Below are positions 12,651 through 25,598 of a stretch of DNA of 64,000 nucleotides, piece after piece; positions within the stretch are counted from its first letter, which is position 1; every line of letters begins with the position of its first letter. Under the pieces are notes generated by a model. It searched no databases. It was given only the letters and a program-made list of their open reading frames with translations, and was not told where the DNA came from. A program made the position numbers and the translations under genes. The stretch comes from Octopus vulgaris. Its lineage: Eukaryota. Location of the stretch: the NCBI GenBank assembly GCA_951406725.2, contig OX597821.1, positions 83,824,001 through 83,888,000 on the forward strand, in the 5' to 3' direction.

Positions 12651-14311
12651 TGTAACTAGGACTGGAGCTTGTAGTGAATAGTACTAAATGGTAGTATTAA
12701 ATTGAATGAAGTTTCATGTGTAGTAACCAAGAAAATAACGCTTAAAATCCTTAAAAGACCATAAAATACAAAGTTAAAAACTCTACCAACACTTGAATTC
12801 AGGATTACAAGACATCATGAATTATAAAGTCCAGTTCTTAACCTCTTGACACACATTTATTCTTTAATTTCCATGCAAAAATATCATATTCTTTTATTAT
12901 TTATTTGGAATCTGTATATAAGGAAGAATAAGAACAACAAATTATTTTGGACCAGTTATAATTTATTATTATGAAGTTACTAATAGAAATGATAGTTACT
13001 GATCGTTAATGATAGAAAACGGGAATAACATCATGGACAAAGTATTTCGGGTTAGAAATAAGTGACATACCTCAAAGTACAGCGAACGTATATTTTCGTT
13101 CGATACATATTTACTAGACATCTCTGAACGAAACGGGATAATATGTTAAGAAGTTAAACATCTGAATTAACAATAAGTGCGGGAATGAAATTTGTCTAAG
13201 GTTTGCAGATAATAATAATTATCAAATTTTTACAGCAATGGAATCAGATATATTCTGTGACGGAGAAGTAATGTTTCAAATCAGTCCAAATATATTTCTA
13301 TGTTTTTCCGTTTTGGTGATAAAGTTTTTTCTGGAGAATGTTCAAAGTGTTTTCATTGTAACCCAAAATTTTAGGGATCGCACTTGTACCCGCTTCGTCC
13401 CCTGTTCCTGAACCTATGGAACAAATACCGGATGCTGCAAGCAAACATGGGAGCTTCAACGTGGTTAGTCGACCGGCTAGAAACAACATCAAAATCTTTC
13501 TCAAATTATACTCTACATCCTTAAAGACAGAATAATCCAGGCTTGGCCAACTTTCTCGAGAAGCGGGCCGCATGTGACATGGACCATCATCAAGTGGACC
13601 ACACTGCTAAACGGTCTGAAGGTAATTTATGAAAAGATCTGAATTAATTATTAAATTACTAATTAATTACTAATTAATTAAAAGATCTGAAGGTAATTCA
13701 CAAAGTGCCGCCAACTGCAGTTTTCTCATGACTCGTGACTCTAATGTATAAAAAGATGGGACGGTCATGTCCGGAACGTCGTCTTTGGTCGTAGGTCTCT
13801 ACTCGATCAGGTCTATTTTGGATCTGAACATAAACATGTTCAGATCCAGAATATATCAGACACTAAGCTTTAAAATAAATAAATAAAAATATATATGTAC
13901 GAATGTGTACAAATATACACGAACAGATGGACAACACACATACATATACATAAATCAACACATGCACAAGTTCATACATACATACACATACACAGACCAA
14001 CTCATACACACATGCACAGCAACACGCACAAACGGTTCCGTACTTATATACACACAGATCAACACAACCACACACATTCGGGCACAAACGTCATTACATA
14101 TATATGCACAGATCAAATTAACGTACATACATACATACATACATACATACATACATACATACTCACATACATACATACATACATACATACATACATACAT
14201 ACATACATACATACCATACATACAAATCAATATATACACTCACACATATCAACACACACACAACTCATCATACATCTATACATGCAGATAAACGCTAAGA
14301 TACACGGAGGT

Positions 14312-14359
<48 letters not shown>

Positions 14360-14463
14360 ACACACTCGCACACACAGACTTTCATACCTACACATACTTT
14401 CACACATACACACACACATTCTCGCATACATACGCGCGCACACTCTCACACATACACACATCA

Positions 14464-14505
<42 letters not shown>

Positions 14506-15024
14506 CAACACATGTACGCGCGCGCCCTCATGCACACACGTACGTATAATGCCCTGATTGTTGCGATCTATTATCTCGTTTGTTTTTCAGTCAACTACCT
14601 GATCGATGGTTTTCTCCGGTCACTGACACTCAGGTCATGACATCTAAGCATTAGTCGGCTGTGGAATAGGTACCATGCGGAGGTACAACTCACAGCCACC
14701 TCAGCGGGAGTACTGTAAAATTGACGAGCGTTTTCTAGGATTCTGCCGTAACTATAAGATCGTATAGTAACGTATCTAGGGGTAGCGCGTTGGGTGGTGG
14801 ACGAGTAGGTGATCTACCCCGAGCAACGCTTTAACGAGGGTGGCTCTTTTGGGTTCGCTGTATAAGGAAGCATAGTTTGGAGGGCCCATGCAGTGGCGAG
14901 AGGTGGTGTCGCGATAAATTCAAGAGCTAACCCAGATAGCACACACACACACAGGTACACACACGCACACACACACACACACGCACACACACACGCACAC
15001 AGATACACACACACACACACACAG

Positions 15025-15069
<45 letters not shown>

Positions 15070-15528
15070 TACACAGATACACAGATACACACACACACAC
15101 ACACAGATACACACACGCACACACACACACACACAGAGATACACACACGCACACACACACACACACACGCAGATACACACACACACACACACACACAGAT
15201 ACACACACGCACACTCTAGCTACGCCACTCGGGTAGGGCGCGAGTGAAGGTTAATTACAACTATTAAATTAACCTCGAAGTGGGTGGCTGAAGATTATTT
15301 TTGCTTCTTAAGAAAGAGCGGAAGGTTAACCGAATCAGCGGTGCGTCGAACAAAACATCTTGTGGTTTTCGTTCCGGTTAAAATCCCGCCGAGAACAACT
15401 CTGCTTTTCATACTTCCGGAGTTGATAAAATAAAGTACTAATCAAGTACTTGTGTGTGTGCGAGCGCGTATGTATGTACGTGCGCGCATGCATGTATGTG
15501 TATATATGTATATTTATACACATACATA

Positions 15529-15566
<38 letters not shown>

Positions 15567-15690
15567 TATATGTACATACATAAATACAATATATATATAT
15601 GTTTGTGTGTGTGTACACGTGTGTGCGCATGTATATATGTGTGTGTGCATGTATGTGTGTGTGCATGTATATGTGTGTGTGTGTGTGTGT

Positions 15691-15905
15691 GTGTGGCAAA
15701 AAGAGATAACGTAAAACTAAGAGTAGCGACGTGTAAAAATCTGTTATCATCTGCCACTACATGCGCGCGCACATACACACCTGTACTCATATACACCTGT
15801 ACACATATACACCTGTACACATATACACATGTACTCATATACACGTACTCATACAGATTTTTACACGTCGCTTCCCTCAGTTTTACGTTACCTCTTTTTT
15901 CCACA
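15691..15905. repeat. Inverted repeat (about 54-bp arms) with a 16-bp tandem spacer, between (TG)n and (CA)n
   Basis: AAAAAGAGATAACGTAAAACT...AGCGACGTGTAAAAATCTGT versus ACAGATTTTTACACGTCGCT...AGTTTTACGTTACCTCTTTTT. Confidence 0.85.
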
Positions 15906-16628
15906 CACACACACACACACACACACATGTATATCACATAACTTTACACTTTACTGAAAAAAAAAAGTTCCTTTTCTTAAACTCTTTCATTTTCCTTTCG
16001 TTTTCTTCTTCGTTCTCTTCATCAACTCGCTTCTCTTCTTCATTTATCTTCTTGTGCTTGAAGTCGAATCAATCCAGCTAGATGCGCACACCATCCCAAG
16101 TGTTTTGTACATAAAACTACTACCGTAGGCAAATATACATAAATCGTTACAGTACAGCAGTAACTTTATCTATGACGAAACATCGCCCTACTTTGCGAAG
16201 AATGAACAGATGTATAAAAACATTAATTTTTGGGTGTGTGTGAGAGAGAGAGAGAAGGATGACAGACTATTGTTTGACGGTGAGGCCAAATTTTATTGTC
16301 AGGGTGTGGAGAATCGATCCACAAATAAATAAAACGAAGCAAACACACACAAACACTAACAAAAACAAATGAAATATATGACAACATAAACATACAGATA
16401 AACAGAAAAAAAAAACTTGTACGGTTAGGAGTAGTGCAATATTTGAGTTTGTAATCTAAAGCCGAGATTTTTGGCAACGAATGTTGCTGGGTTCCAGCCA
16501 AAGTCTACGTATCCAACACAAGAACGATCCTATGCAATTATTATTATACAATCCTTCAAAATATACATATATACTTTTTTCTTCGACACTACACATACAG
16601 ACTCATACGCGCACACACGTATTTCTGT

Positions 16629-16663
<35 letters not shown>

Positions 16664-16724
16664 CACGCGCATATGTGTGTGTGTGCAATATTTTTAAACA
16701 CGCACATACATACATATATCAATG

Positions 16725-16796
<72 letters not shown>

Positions 16797-16797
16797 C

Positions 16798-16863
<66 letters not shown>

Positions 16864-16866
16864 TAC

Positions 16867-16970
<104 letters not shown>

Positions 16971-17555
16971 ATGTATATATCTACGTCTATATTGGTTAGA
17001 GATTCAGACAGAATGCCTTGCGGTACTCGTACATGTTTTCTGAACACAGAGTTCAAATCTCGCCGAGGTCAAGATTGTCCTTCAGGCTTCCGGAATTGGT
17101 AAAAAAATATCTTGAAGCCCAGTCCTGGGTCGATTGAAGGAGGAAGGGGCCGAGTACGGGTTCAGTGAAGGAGGAAGGGGCCGATGGGGGTGGGAAGGGG
17201 TATTCTGCCAGGCATTTAAAATGCTCAAGAAACCTTTTTTCGAAATTCCGCCAGTCGGTTTTGCTTGAGAAGTCAAACGGACGAAACTTCGAGGTCACAG
17301 TCATATCGTTTATTATAATAAATATAAGAAAGAAAAAAAACTCAATCTGTACTGAGTGACTTTGCTTTGCACATTGTACTTCGACTGCTTTAAACTCACG
17401 AACACATATTTAAACGCAGAGAGTCAAACCGAAAGCGGAACTTTTGTCCACAAAGGATATTGACTCGGTGAAACACTTGAGCTACTGGGAGCGGCCAATG
17501 GAACCGAAGCTCTATTCCCTAGAGAGAAGGCATGAAAGACACGCAGTGATATACA

Positions 17556-17767
17556 TACTCTTTTACTCTTTTACTTGTTTCAGTTATTTGACTGCGGCCA
17601 TGCTGGAGCACCGCCTTTAGTCGAGCAACTCGACCCCGCCGGGACTTATTCTTTTGTAAGCCCAGTACTTATTCTATCGGTTTCTTTTGCCGAAACGCCA
17701 AGTAACGGGGACATAAACACACCAGCATCGGTTGTCAAGCAATGCTAGGGGGACAAACACACTCACA

Positions 17768-17821
<54 letters not shown>

Positions 17822-17986
17822 CGACGGGCTTCTTTTGAGTTTCCGTCTACCAAATCCACTCACAAGGCTTTGGTCGGCCCGAGGCTATAGCAGAAAACAC
17901 TTGCTCAAGATGCCACGCAGTGGGACTGAACCCGGTACCATGTGGTTGGTAAGCAAGCTACTTACCACACAGCCACTCCTGCGCCT
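17556..17986 (-). mobile_element. SINE family A, full length, with an internal microsatellite
   Basis: tRNA-like head GGCGCAGGAGTGGCTGTGTGG...GGTTCAGTCCC, CORE-like CTTGAGCAAGTG, internal (TG)n, tail GAAACAAGTAAAAGAGTAAAAG. Confidence 0.88.
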
Positions 17987-18290
17987 ATGGAAGATTCTGG
18001 AAGGAGTAGCTCCCAACTTTGGAATTGAAAGCTATACCAACCACCGAGCTTGATGGCACACTGCATAGTACCAAAGATCCCGTCTTCTCCATCTAGAATA
18101 AGGATCGAGTACTGTAACAATTTCAAGGGACCGCAACTGTTCACGATTCTGACAAAAGCCTCAGAGATTTGCGAGGCGTAGATCTGGAAGTCATCAACAG
18201 TTGAACCCACATCGCGGCAGGGTGCGCAAATAAGAGCAGCTCCGTCCAGCTCACTACTTCACCAAAAGCAGCACAGAAAAGAGACCGAAC
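17987..18290 (+). pseudogene. CR1-group LINE ORF2 C-terminal relic
   Basis: Fragments WKILEGVAPNFGI, HCIVPKIPSSPSRIR, KGPQLF, LRDLRGVDL across frameshifts. Confidence 0.6.
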
Positions 18291-18509
18291 CACACTGAAA
18301 GTGGGATGGCTCCAGCATATGTGTGTGTGTGTATGTGCACTTACATATGTATACATATGTATGTTTGTATGTATGTATGTATGTATGTGTGTATGTATGC
18401 ATGTATGTGTGTATGTCTGTAAACAGATGAGCTACTAGAAGCAGTGGCAACTTCTTTACGAGGTCGTTAATAAACCAACACTAGTGATGAAGCAAGCGGT
18501 AGTGGGAGA

Positions 18510-18556
<47 letters not shown>

Positions 18557-18653
18557 GCACACACACATATATATTTATATATTTATATATATAGACAATA
18601 GTTTTAAAATAAATGATATAAATAATATCATTATTATTATTATTATTATTATT

Positions 18654-18706
<53 letters not shown>

Positions 18707-18713
18707 GTACCAT

Positions 18714-19268
18714 GCCCTGATGCAGTACCAGGCAGTGGCTCTCATGGCTTCTGATCTTAACTGATTGGGAGAGTCATCATGTACATTGTTTTGTCTTGGT
18801 ATAAAAGATGGGCTACAGCAAATATTCTGCTCAATACCACAGATTTGCTTGTCAGTTGTTTGACCTTAACCAGTTGAGCATGTCCCTTAGTGGCTGACGA
18901 TATGTGCATCTCTGATCACGAGCAGAAGTAGTGGGGGAGCATCATAGCCATGTGTTGAGAGGGATTCTTTGGGGTTTGAATAATTCACCTCTGGAAACAT
19001 GGGTGGTTCTTTCAACATCCTTAAACAACCCTTATTCAGGGACCTTTTGAGCGAGATGGGCTACTCGACCTGAAGAAAATTCTAACTGGGCCCCACCTGC
19101 AAGGTCATGTGCTGTTTACCTTGATATGAGATCACCATGTCACGCACATATGGTTGTGATGCATGTGCCTGATGTACCCTTATCAGACGGGTAGTCATGA
19201 TGGGTATATTGGGCTTCGTATATTTTACCCCAGTGTCACTTTGATGGCATGAACTGCTCTCTCACTCA
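18714..19268. mobile_element. Unclassified ~555-bp element flanked by (AAT)n
   Basis: Second copy at 1-294; (AAT)n on both sides; terminal hairpin CCCTGATGCAGTACCAGG. Confidence 0.75.
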
Positions 19269-19558
19269 ATAATAATAATATGTATATGTTATATATATAT
19301 ATGTATGTATTTACTCACGCATACATCACATGCATATATCTGTGTGTACATATATAAATATGAGATTCAGTTTATGTGTATACATACATACATACATATA
19401 TACATACATACATACAAAGTATGGGGGGTGTAGTTCACAGGTGATCTAAACGATTAGGTACGCTAGGTAAGTGCTGTAACGAATTACTGGGGTTCCAAGG
19501 TTATAGCCCCGAGACGGTAGTTATGGAGCCATTGCAGATTTCCGATGCAGTGGATATA

Positions 19559-19940
19559 TCTCTCTCTATATAAACGGCAGTTTGTCTGTGCGTGTTTCTG
19601 TGTGTCTGTTTGCTTGTACCCTCACCCTGACTACGGCTTTCAACCGATTCTGATGAAACTTGACACACACATAGCCCAATGTCATAATTCAAAACTAACG
19701 CAGCGAAAATTTTGAAAAGTTCCCCCAGTTCTGAAAAAAATCGATAAATTCGACATGGGGTCGAGAATCAGAAACACAAACCGCAAACTATCTAGGGGAC
19801 GCAACTCCACCTTTTTTAACTAAAAAAAAATTTACCATAATTTTTTTCCATTTTTTTGCTATTTTTTGGCTATAACTCTCTAAAAATTCTTTATAGTTAT
19901 TTCCCTTACAAACCTGAGCAACGCCGGGCGATACTGCTAG
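19559..19940 (+). mobile_element. Non-autonomous Helitron
   Basis: 5' TC...TATATAAA; 3' hairpin CCTGAGCAACGCCGGG then CGATACTGCTAG|T; 3' end shared with 47986-48379. Confidence 0.8.
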
Positions 19941-20023
19941 TAATTGTTAAACAGGACGTCAAACATTAAGGCAAGGCAATCATCTCAAGTTGTATGCAAT
20001 ATTATTACAGGAAGAAATTCAAA

Positions 20024-20080
20024 ATCTTACAGCAGTTTCTGGGATATCCTCGAGTATGGGATTTTCCGTCATCAGGGACA
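20024..20080 (-). ncRNA. Degenerate minimal hammerhead in a pLTR-like fragment
   Basis: Minus strand gtcc-CTGATGA-cGGA...TCCca-GAA-ACTGCTGT-A-agat; same family as 35227-35274. Confidence 0.5.
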
Positions 20081-20250
20081 AATTGGGGGGAAAAATATGG
20101 AAAATGAGAATAGTATATATCAATAAGATGAAAACATAGAGGAAGGAAGTAAAAGAATAAGGAGATAGAAAGAGAGAAGGAAAAAGAAGCATAAAAAAGC
20201 TCATAGTTCAACTTTCCGAAGAAACCAAAGCATGAATCCTTAGGTGAAAT

Positions 20251-20304
<54 letters not shown>

Positions 20305-20307
<3 letters not shown>

Positions 20308-20435
20308 GGTGTCCCCAAAAAATGTATACACATAGTGGTTCGGCAAAAGAGAACGATAGAATAAGTACTAGGCTTACAAAGAATAACAAATTTACAATTA
20401 TTTAAGGTGTGTATACATTTTTTGGGGACACCCTG
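20305..20435. mobile_element. Tc1/mariner-type MITE with a captured SINE fragment
   Basis: TIR CAGGGTGTCCCCAAAAAATGTATACAC at both ends, TA flanks; interior matches the SINE A body. Confidence 0.9.
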
Positions 20436-20590
20436 TATATATAATGTGTGAGTTTTTGTCTTTGTCTCCCTCCAACGCTTGCTTGACTACTGGTATTGGT
20501 TTGTTTACAGCCCCGTTATTTAACCTAGCGGTTCACCAAAAGATCCCGTTAAAATAAATACCTAGTTAAAAAAGAATAAATAAATGAAAC

Positions 20591-21094
20591 TGGTGGCTGT
20601 GTGGTAAGTAGCTTGCTTACAAACCACATGGTTCCGGGTTCAGTCCCACTGCGTAGCACCTTGGGCAAGTGTCTTCTACTATAGCCTCGGGCCGACCAAA
20701 GCCTTGTGAGTGGATTTGGTAGACGGAAACTGAAAGAAGCCCGTCGTATATGTGTGTATGTATATGTGTGTATGTATATGTGTGTATGTATATGTATATA
20801 TATACATATATATGTATATATATATATATATATGTGTGTATGTGTGTGTATATGTTTGTGTGTCTGTGTTTGTCCCTCTAGCATTGCTTGACAACCGATG
20901 CTGGTGTGTTTACTCCCCCGTCACTTAGCGGTTCGGCAAAAGGGACCGATAGAATAAGTACTGGGCTTACAAAGAATAAGTCCCGGGGTCGATTTGCCCC
21001 ATTAAAGGCGGTGCTCCAGCATGGCCGCAGTCAAATGACTGAAACGAGTAAACGAGATGAGTGTATTTTTACCTTGTCAGACTCCATTTATTTA

Positions 21095-21158
<64 letters not shown>

Positions 21159-21320
21159 TGCTGGTGTGTTGACGTCTCCGTAACAGCGGTTCGGCAAAAG
21201 AGACCGATAGAATAAGTACTAGGCTTACGAAGAATAAGTCCTGGAGTCGATTTGTTCGACTAAAGGCGGTGCTCCAGCATGGCCACAGTCAAATAACTGA
21301 AACAAGTAAAAGTAAAAGTA
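20591..21320 (+). mobile_element. SINE family A (near full length) plus an adjacent 3' half copy
   Basis: Matches 17556-17986; extra 3' half at 21158-21320. Confidence 0.85.
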
Positions 21321-21619
21321 AGTTGCACTAAGCTCTTCAAGTCACTGCTCCCCCCCCCCCGCTTGGTCGTAATCCAGTGATTGAAACAAGAAAGAGATAA
21401 AGGAAGAAGATATGCGGAGTCGCAAGTCATGTTTTGTGTATGCATTTATTTTTGCGCATGCGTGTCGATGGTGGCTGGGCATAGGAGTGGTTCAAGAAGT
21501 CCGTTCTGCAATCCCGGATTCGATAGTACTGTATGATATCCGGGTCAACGGTCATATTGTCATAGCACCCGATCGATCCAAGCTTTGTGAAATAAAGCAG
21601 AGTGGCGGAAACTGTGTGA

Positions 21620-22401
21620 AAGGCGGCGAGCTGGCAGAATGGTTAGCACGCCGGGCGAAATGCTTAGCGGTATTTCGTCTGCCGCTACGTTCTAAGTTCA
21701 AATTCCGCCGAGGTCGACTTTGCTTTTCATCCTTTCGGGATCGATAAATTAAGTACCAGTTACTCACTGGAGTCGATGTAATCGACTTAATCCGTTTGTC
21801 TGTCCTTGTTTGTCCCCTCTGTGTTTAGCCCCTTCTGAGTAGTAAAGAAATAGGTATTTCGTCTGCCGCTACGTTCTGAGTTCAAATTCCGCCGAGCTCG
21901 ACTTTGCCTTTGATCCTTTCGGGGTCGATTGAATAAGTACCAGTTACTCACTGGAGTCGATGTAATCGACTTAATCCGTGTGTCTGTCCTTGTTTGTCCC
22001 CTCTGTGTTTAGCCCCTTCTGAGTAGTAAAGAAATAGGTATTTCGTCTGCCGCTACGTTCTGAGTTCAAATTCCGCCGAGCTCGACTTTGCCTTTCATCC
22101 TTTCGGGGTCGATTGAATAAGTACCAGTTACTCACTGGAGTCGATGTAATCGACTTAATCCGTTTGTCTGTCCTTGTTTGTCCCCTCTGTGTTTAGCCCC
22201 TTCTGAGTAGTAAAGAAATAGGTATTTCGTCTGCCGCTACGTTCTGAGTTCAAATTCCGCCGAGGTCGACTTTGCCTTTCATCCTTTCGGGGTCGATTAA
22301 ATAAGTACCAGTTACGCACTGGGGTCGATATAATCGACTTAATCCCTTTATTTGTCCTTGTTTGTCCCCTGTGTTTAGCCCCTTGTGGGCAATAAAGAAA
22401 T
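21620..22401 (+). repeat. Family B SINE with four tandem 184-bp units
   Basis: GGTATTTCGTCTGCCG starts at 21669, 21853, 22037 and 22221; a single 5' head at 21620. Confidence 0.95.
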
Positions 22402-22600
22402 AGTAACTGTGTGGAAGCTCGTATGATACTTGTAATTCAAAGTCAAAAGCTTCTTTACACACACACACACACACAGTATCACGTTAATTCTACCCAGGCA
22501 CGTACTTTAATTTAATGAGCAGAGTTAGCAACGGACAAAAATCCATATACTTTCTTATATGGACGTACACACACGCACTCATACACTCTCACGTATACAC

Positions 22601-22912
22601 AGGAGCACTTCGTCGGTTGCGACGACGAGGGTCCCAGCTGATACGATCAACGGAACAGCCTGCTCATGAAATTAACGTGCAAGTAGCTGAGCACTCCATA
22701 GACACGTGTACCCTTAACGTTGTTCTCGGGGAGATTCAGCATGACACAGAGTGTGACAAGGTTGGTCCTTTGAAATACAGGTACTACTCATTTTTGCCAG
22801 CTGAGTGGACTGGAGGAACGTAAAATAAAGGACACAACGCGCCGCCGGGAATTGAACTCACGACCTTTCGATCATGAGCCGAATACCCTTAACCCCTAAG
22901 CCACGCGCCTTC
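22601..22912 (-). mobile_element. SINE family C (tRNA head + CORE/Deu-like domain)
   Basis: GAAGGCGCGTGGCTTAG..GAGTTCAATTCC head; AAGGGTACACGTGTCT...CACTTGCACGTTAA body; TSD-like TCACGTATAC on both sides. Confidence 0.8.
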
Positions 22913-23314
22913 ACGTATACTTATATACATACATACACATATATACACATACATATACATATGCACAAACGCATAAAGATATATGTGTATATGTATATAA
23001 GTATATATGTGTGTGTGTATGTCTATGCCCTTTGTGATGACTTGTTTCAGTCATTAAACTGCGGCCATGCTGGAGCACCGCCTTGAAGATATTTTAGTTG
23101 AATAAATTAACTCCAGTGTTTTTGTGTGAAGCCCGATACTTACGGGGATGTAAAAAAACCAACACCGGTTTTCAAGCGGTGATGGGAGACGAACACAGAC
23201 AAACACACACACATGAATGGCTTCTTTCAGTTTCCGTCAACCAAATTCACTCAAAAGGATTTGGTCGGCGCGAGGTTATAGTAGAAGCAATCGGTTCAGT
23301 GGAATGCGAAGAAC

Positions 23315-24004
23315 TGGATGTTTTCACGACGACAACGCACCCTGTCACCGAGCTCTCCCCGCCGAGCTCTCCGCACCCGCTTTATTTGCCTTATTTAGCA
23401 TCTTCGGGCTTCCATCTCTTCCCCAAAAGGAAAATGCTACTCAAAGGTCGCCGTTGCAACGCCGTTGTCAAGATCAAGAGTGAATCGCTGAAGGTCCTCG
23501 ATTCGCTTACGGAAAACGACTTCCAGGCCGGATTCCAAAAGCGGCAGAAGGAAAACTGTGACCGATGTATTGCTGCGCAAGGTGACTATTTTGAAGGAGA
23601 TGATGTTAAAACTTAAGTAAATAAGTTAATTTTTATTTAACATGACTAGTCCGGTGGAAGCGCAATGGCCCAGTGGTTAGGGCAGCGGACTTGCGGTCGG
23701 AGGATCGCGGTTTCGATTCCCACACCGGGCGTTGTGTGTGTTTATTGAGCGAAAACAACTTAAAGCTCCACAAGCCTCCGGCAGGGGGTGGTGGCGACCC
23801 TTGTTGTACTCTTTCGCTACATCTTTCTCTCACTTCTCTTCCTGTTTCTTGAATAACGCTACGATGGACTGGCGTCCCATCCAGCTGGGTGGGGGAACAC
23901 ATACGCCACAGAAACCGGGAAACCGGGCCCATGAGCCTGGCTAGGCTTGAAAAGGGCAAAAAAAAAAAAAATAATAAGTCCAAGACCTTTTTGATACCAC
24001 CTCG
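23315..24004 (+). pseudogene. Mariner transposase C-terminal relic with right TIR (interrupted by a SINE)
   Basis: FHDDNAPCH, PHPLY.P.LA..FHLFPK, DRCIAAQGDYFEG; ends CCTCG|TA. Confidence 0.85.
23653..23976 (+). mobile_element. SINE family D (tRNA head, V-domain-like), poly(A) tail
   Basis: TGGCCCAGTGG A box, GGTTTCGATTCC B box, GATGGACTGGCGTCCCATCCAG; AGTCC direct repeat at both ends. Confidence 0.8.
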
Positions 24005-24354
24005 TACATAAATTTGCTCTGCTTACCACATATAAAAAGTAATATGTCTGGATTTAGTATAATTACTTAAGAAATTATTTTATTTTATATTATACAGAAG
24101 GCAGCAACAGCGATTAGTATTACATTATTAAAAATTGAAATCTAGAATAATCTTAAATATTTTCATTGTTCCGCTTAAATATCGCCCTTGTAAAATGCGT
24201 GTTAACTGGTCATATTCGTTACCTGAAAATCTCACCCTTTGATCGACATTTACGATCAAAACCAAATGCATTAATATTATAGCTTTAAATGTAAATTCAG
24301 AATCTGGACAGGGAAGCTATAGGTATTGGAAACGTTGTGCGTGAATATTTTCTT

Positions 24355-24510
24355 TCCACTGATTTTGGAAGAATTGTTCACATTTGCAGGACAGCTAATC
24401 TCTCTGACAGTACATGATATATATAATTTCTGTCCCAAAGAACAATATCGGGCTTGTTACGTATGCTAACTCTTTGTGAAAGTTTTGAAGGAAATGTCGC
24501 ACCATTATTG
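24355..24510 (-). pseudogene. RLE endonuclease relic of a non-LTR retrotransposon
   Basis: RNKPDIVLWDR, then CTVREISCPANVN after a frameshift (PD..(D/E) nuclease motif). Confidence 0.55.
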
Positions 24511-24769
24511 CTCAGTACGTGTGTGTATGAATGTATGACGGTATGTGTGTGTAAAGGTGTGTATGGGTGTGTGTGTGTGTGTGTGAGATCGATGCATAAG
24601 TCCCGAGATTGACAGGAACAACGTATGCACTGTTGGTCTCTATTCAATATCAATCTGGCAAAGACCACCCACTCTTTCACCATCACCATCACCATCTCCA
24701 CGACGACCAGCACGAAGCTGCATCAGTTGCAATATCAGAAGCCTATTGTAGAAACTGCCCTGATATATA

Positions 24770-24819
<50 letters not shown>

Positions 24820-25185
24820 TATGTATGTATGTGTGTATGTATGTATGTATGTATGCACATGGCAAACAAGTGAACCGGTTCAAGAAGAGCTTATGTTCCT
24901 TTTGATAGATCTTATACATATATCTTCCACTCGTGTGTGTGTGTGTGTGTGTGTCAGTGTGTGTGTGTGTAGGTGTGTATGCATGTGTATATGTATGTGC
25001 GTGAGTGCGTGTGCACGTGTGTACATGTGTGTAAGTGTATATATATGTATGTTTCAATGTATATCATATATATATTATATATGGACATATGTATATATAT
25101 GTATATATGTGTGTATGTATGCATGTGTGTATGTATATATATAAATACATGTGTATATATATCATATATACATATATACATACAT

Positions 25186-25274
<89 letters not shown>

Positions 25275-25275
25275 T

Positions 25276-25598
<323 letters not shown>

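Noticed and set aside
13298-13413. Possible terminal exon (minus; TTCCATAG acceptor, SGTGDEAG...NGKT*)
   Set aside because: No recognisable homology or partner exons, and it abuts an old repeat; RNA-seq would be needed.
19649-19660. CTGATGAAAC inside a Helitron
   Set aside because: No stem II or partner strands.
21669-22401. CRISPR-like regular array
   Set aside because: The units are whole SINE bodies with no unique spacers, in a eukaryotic context.
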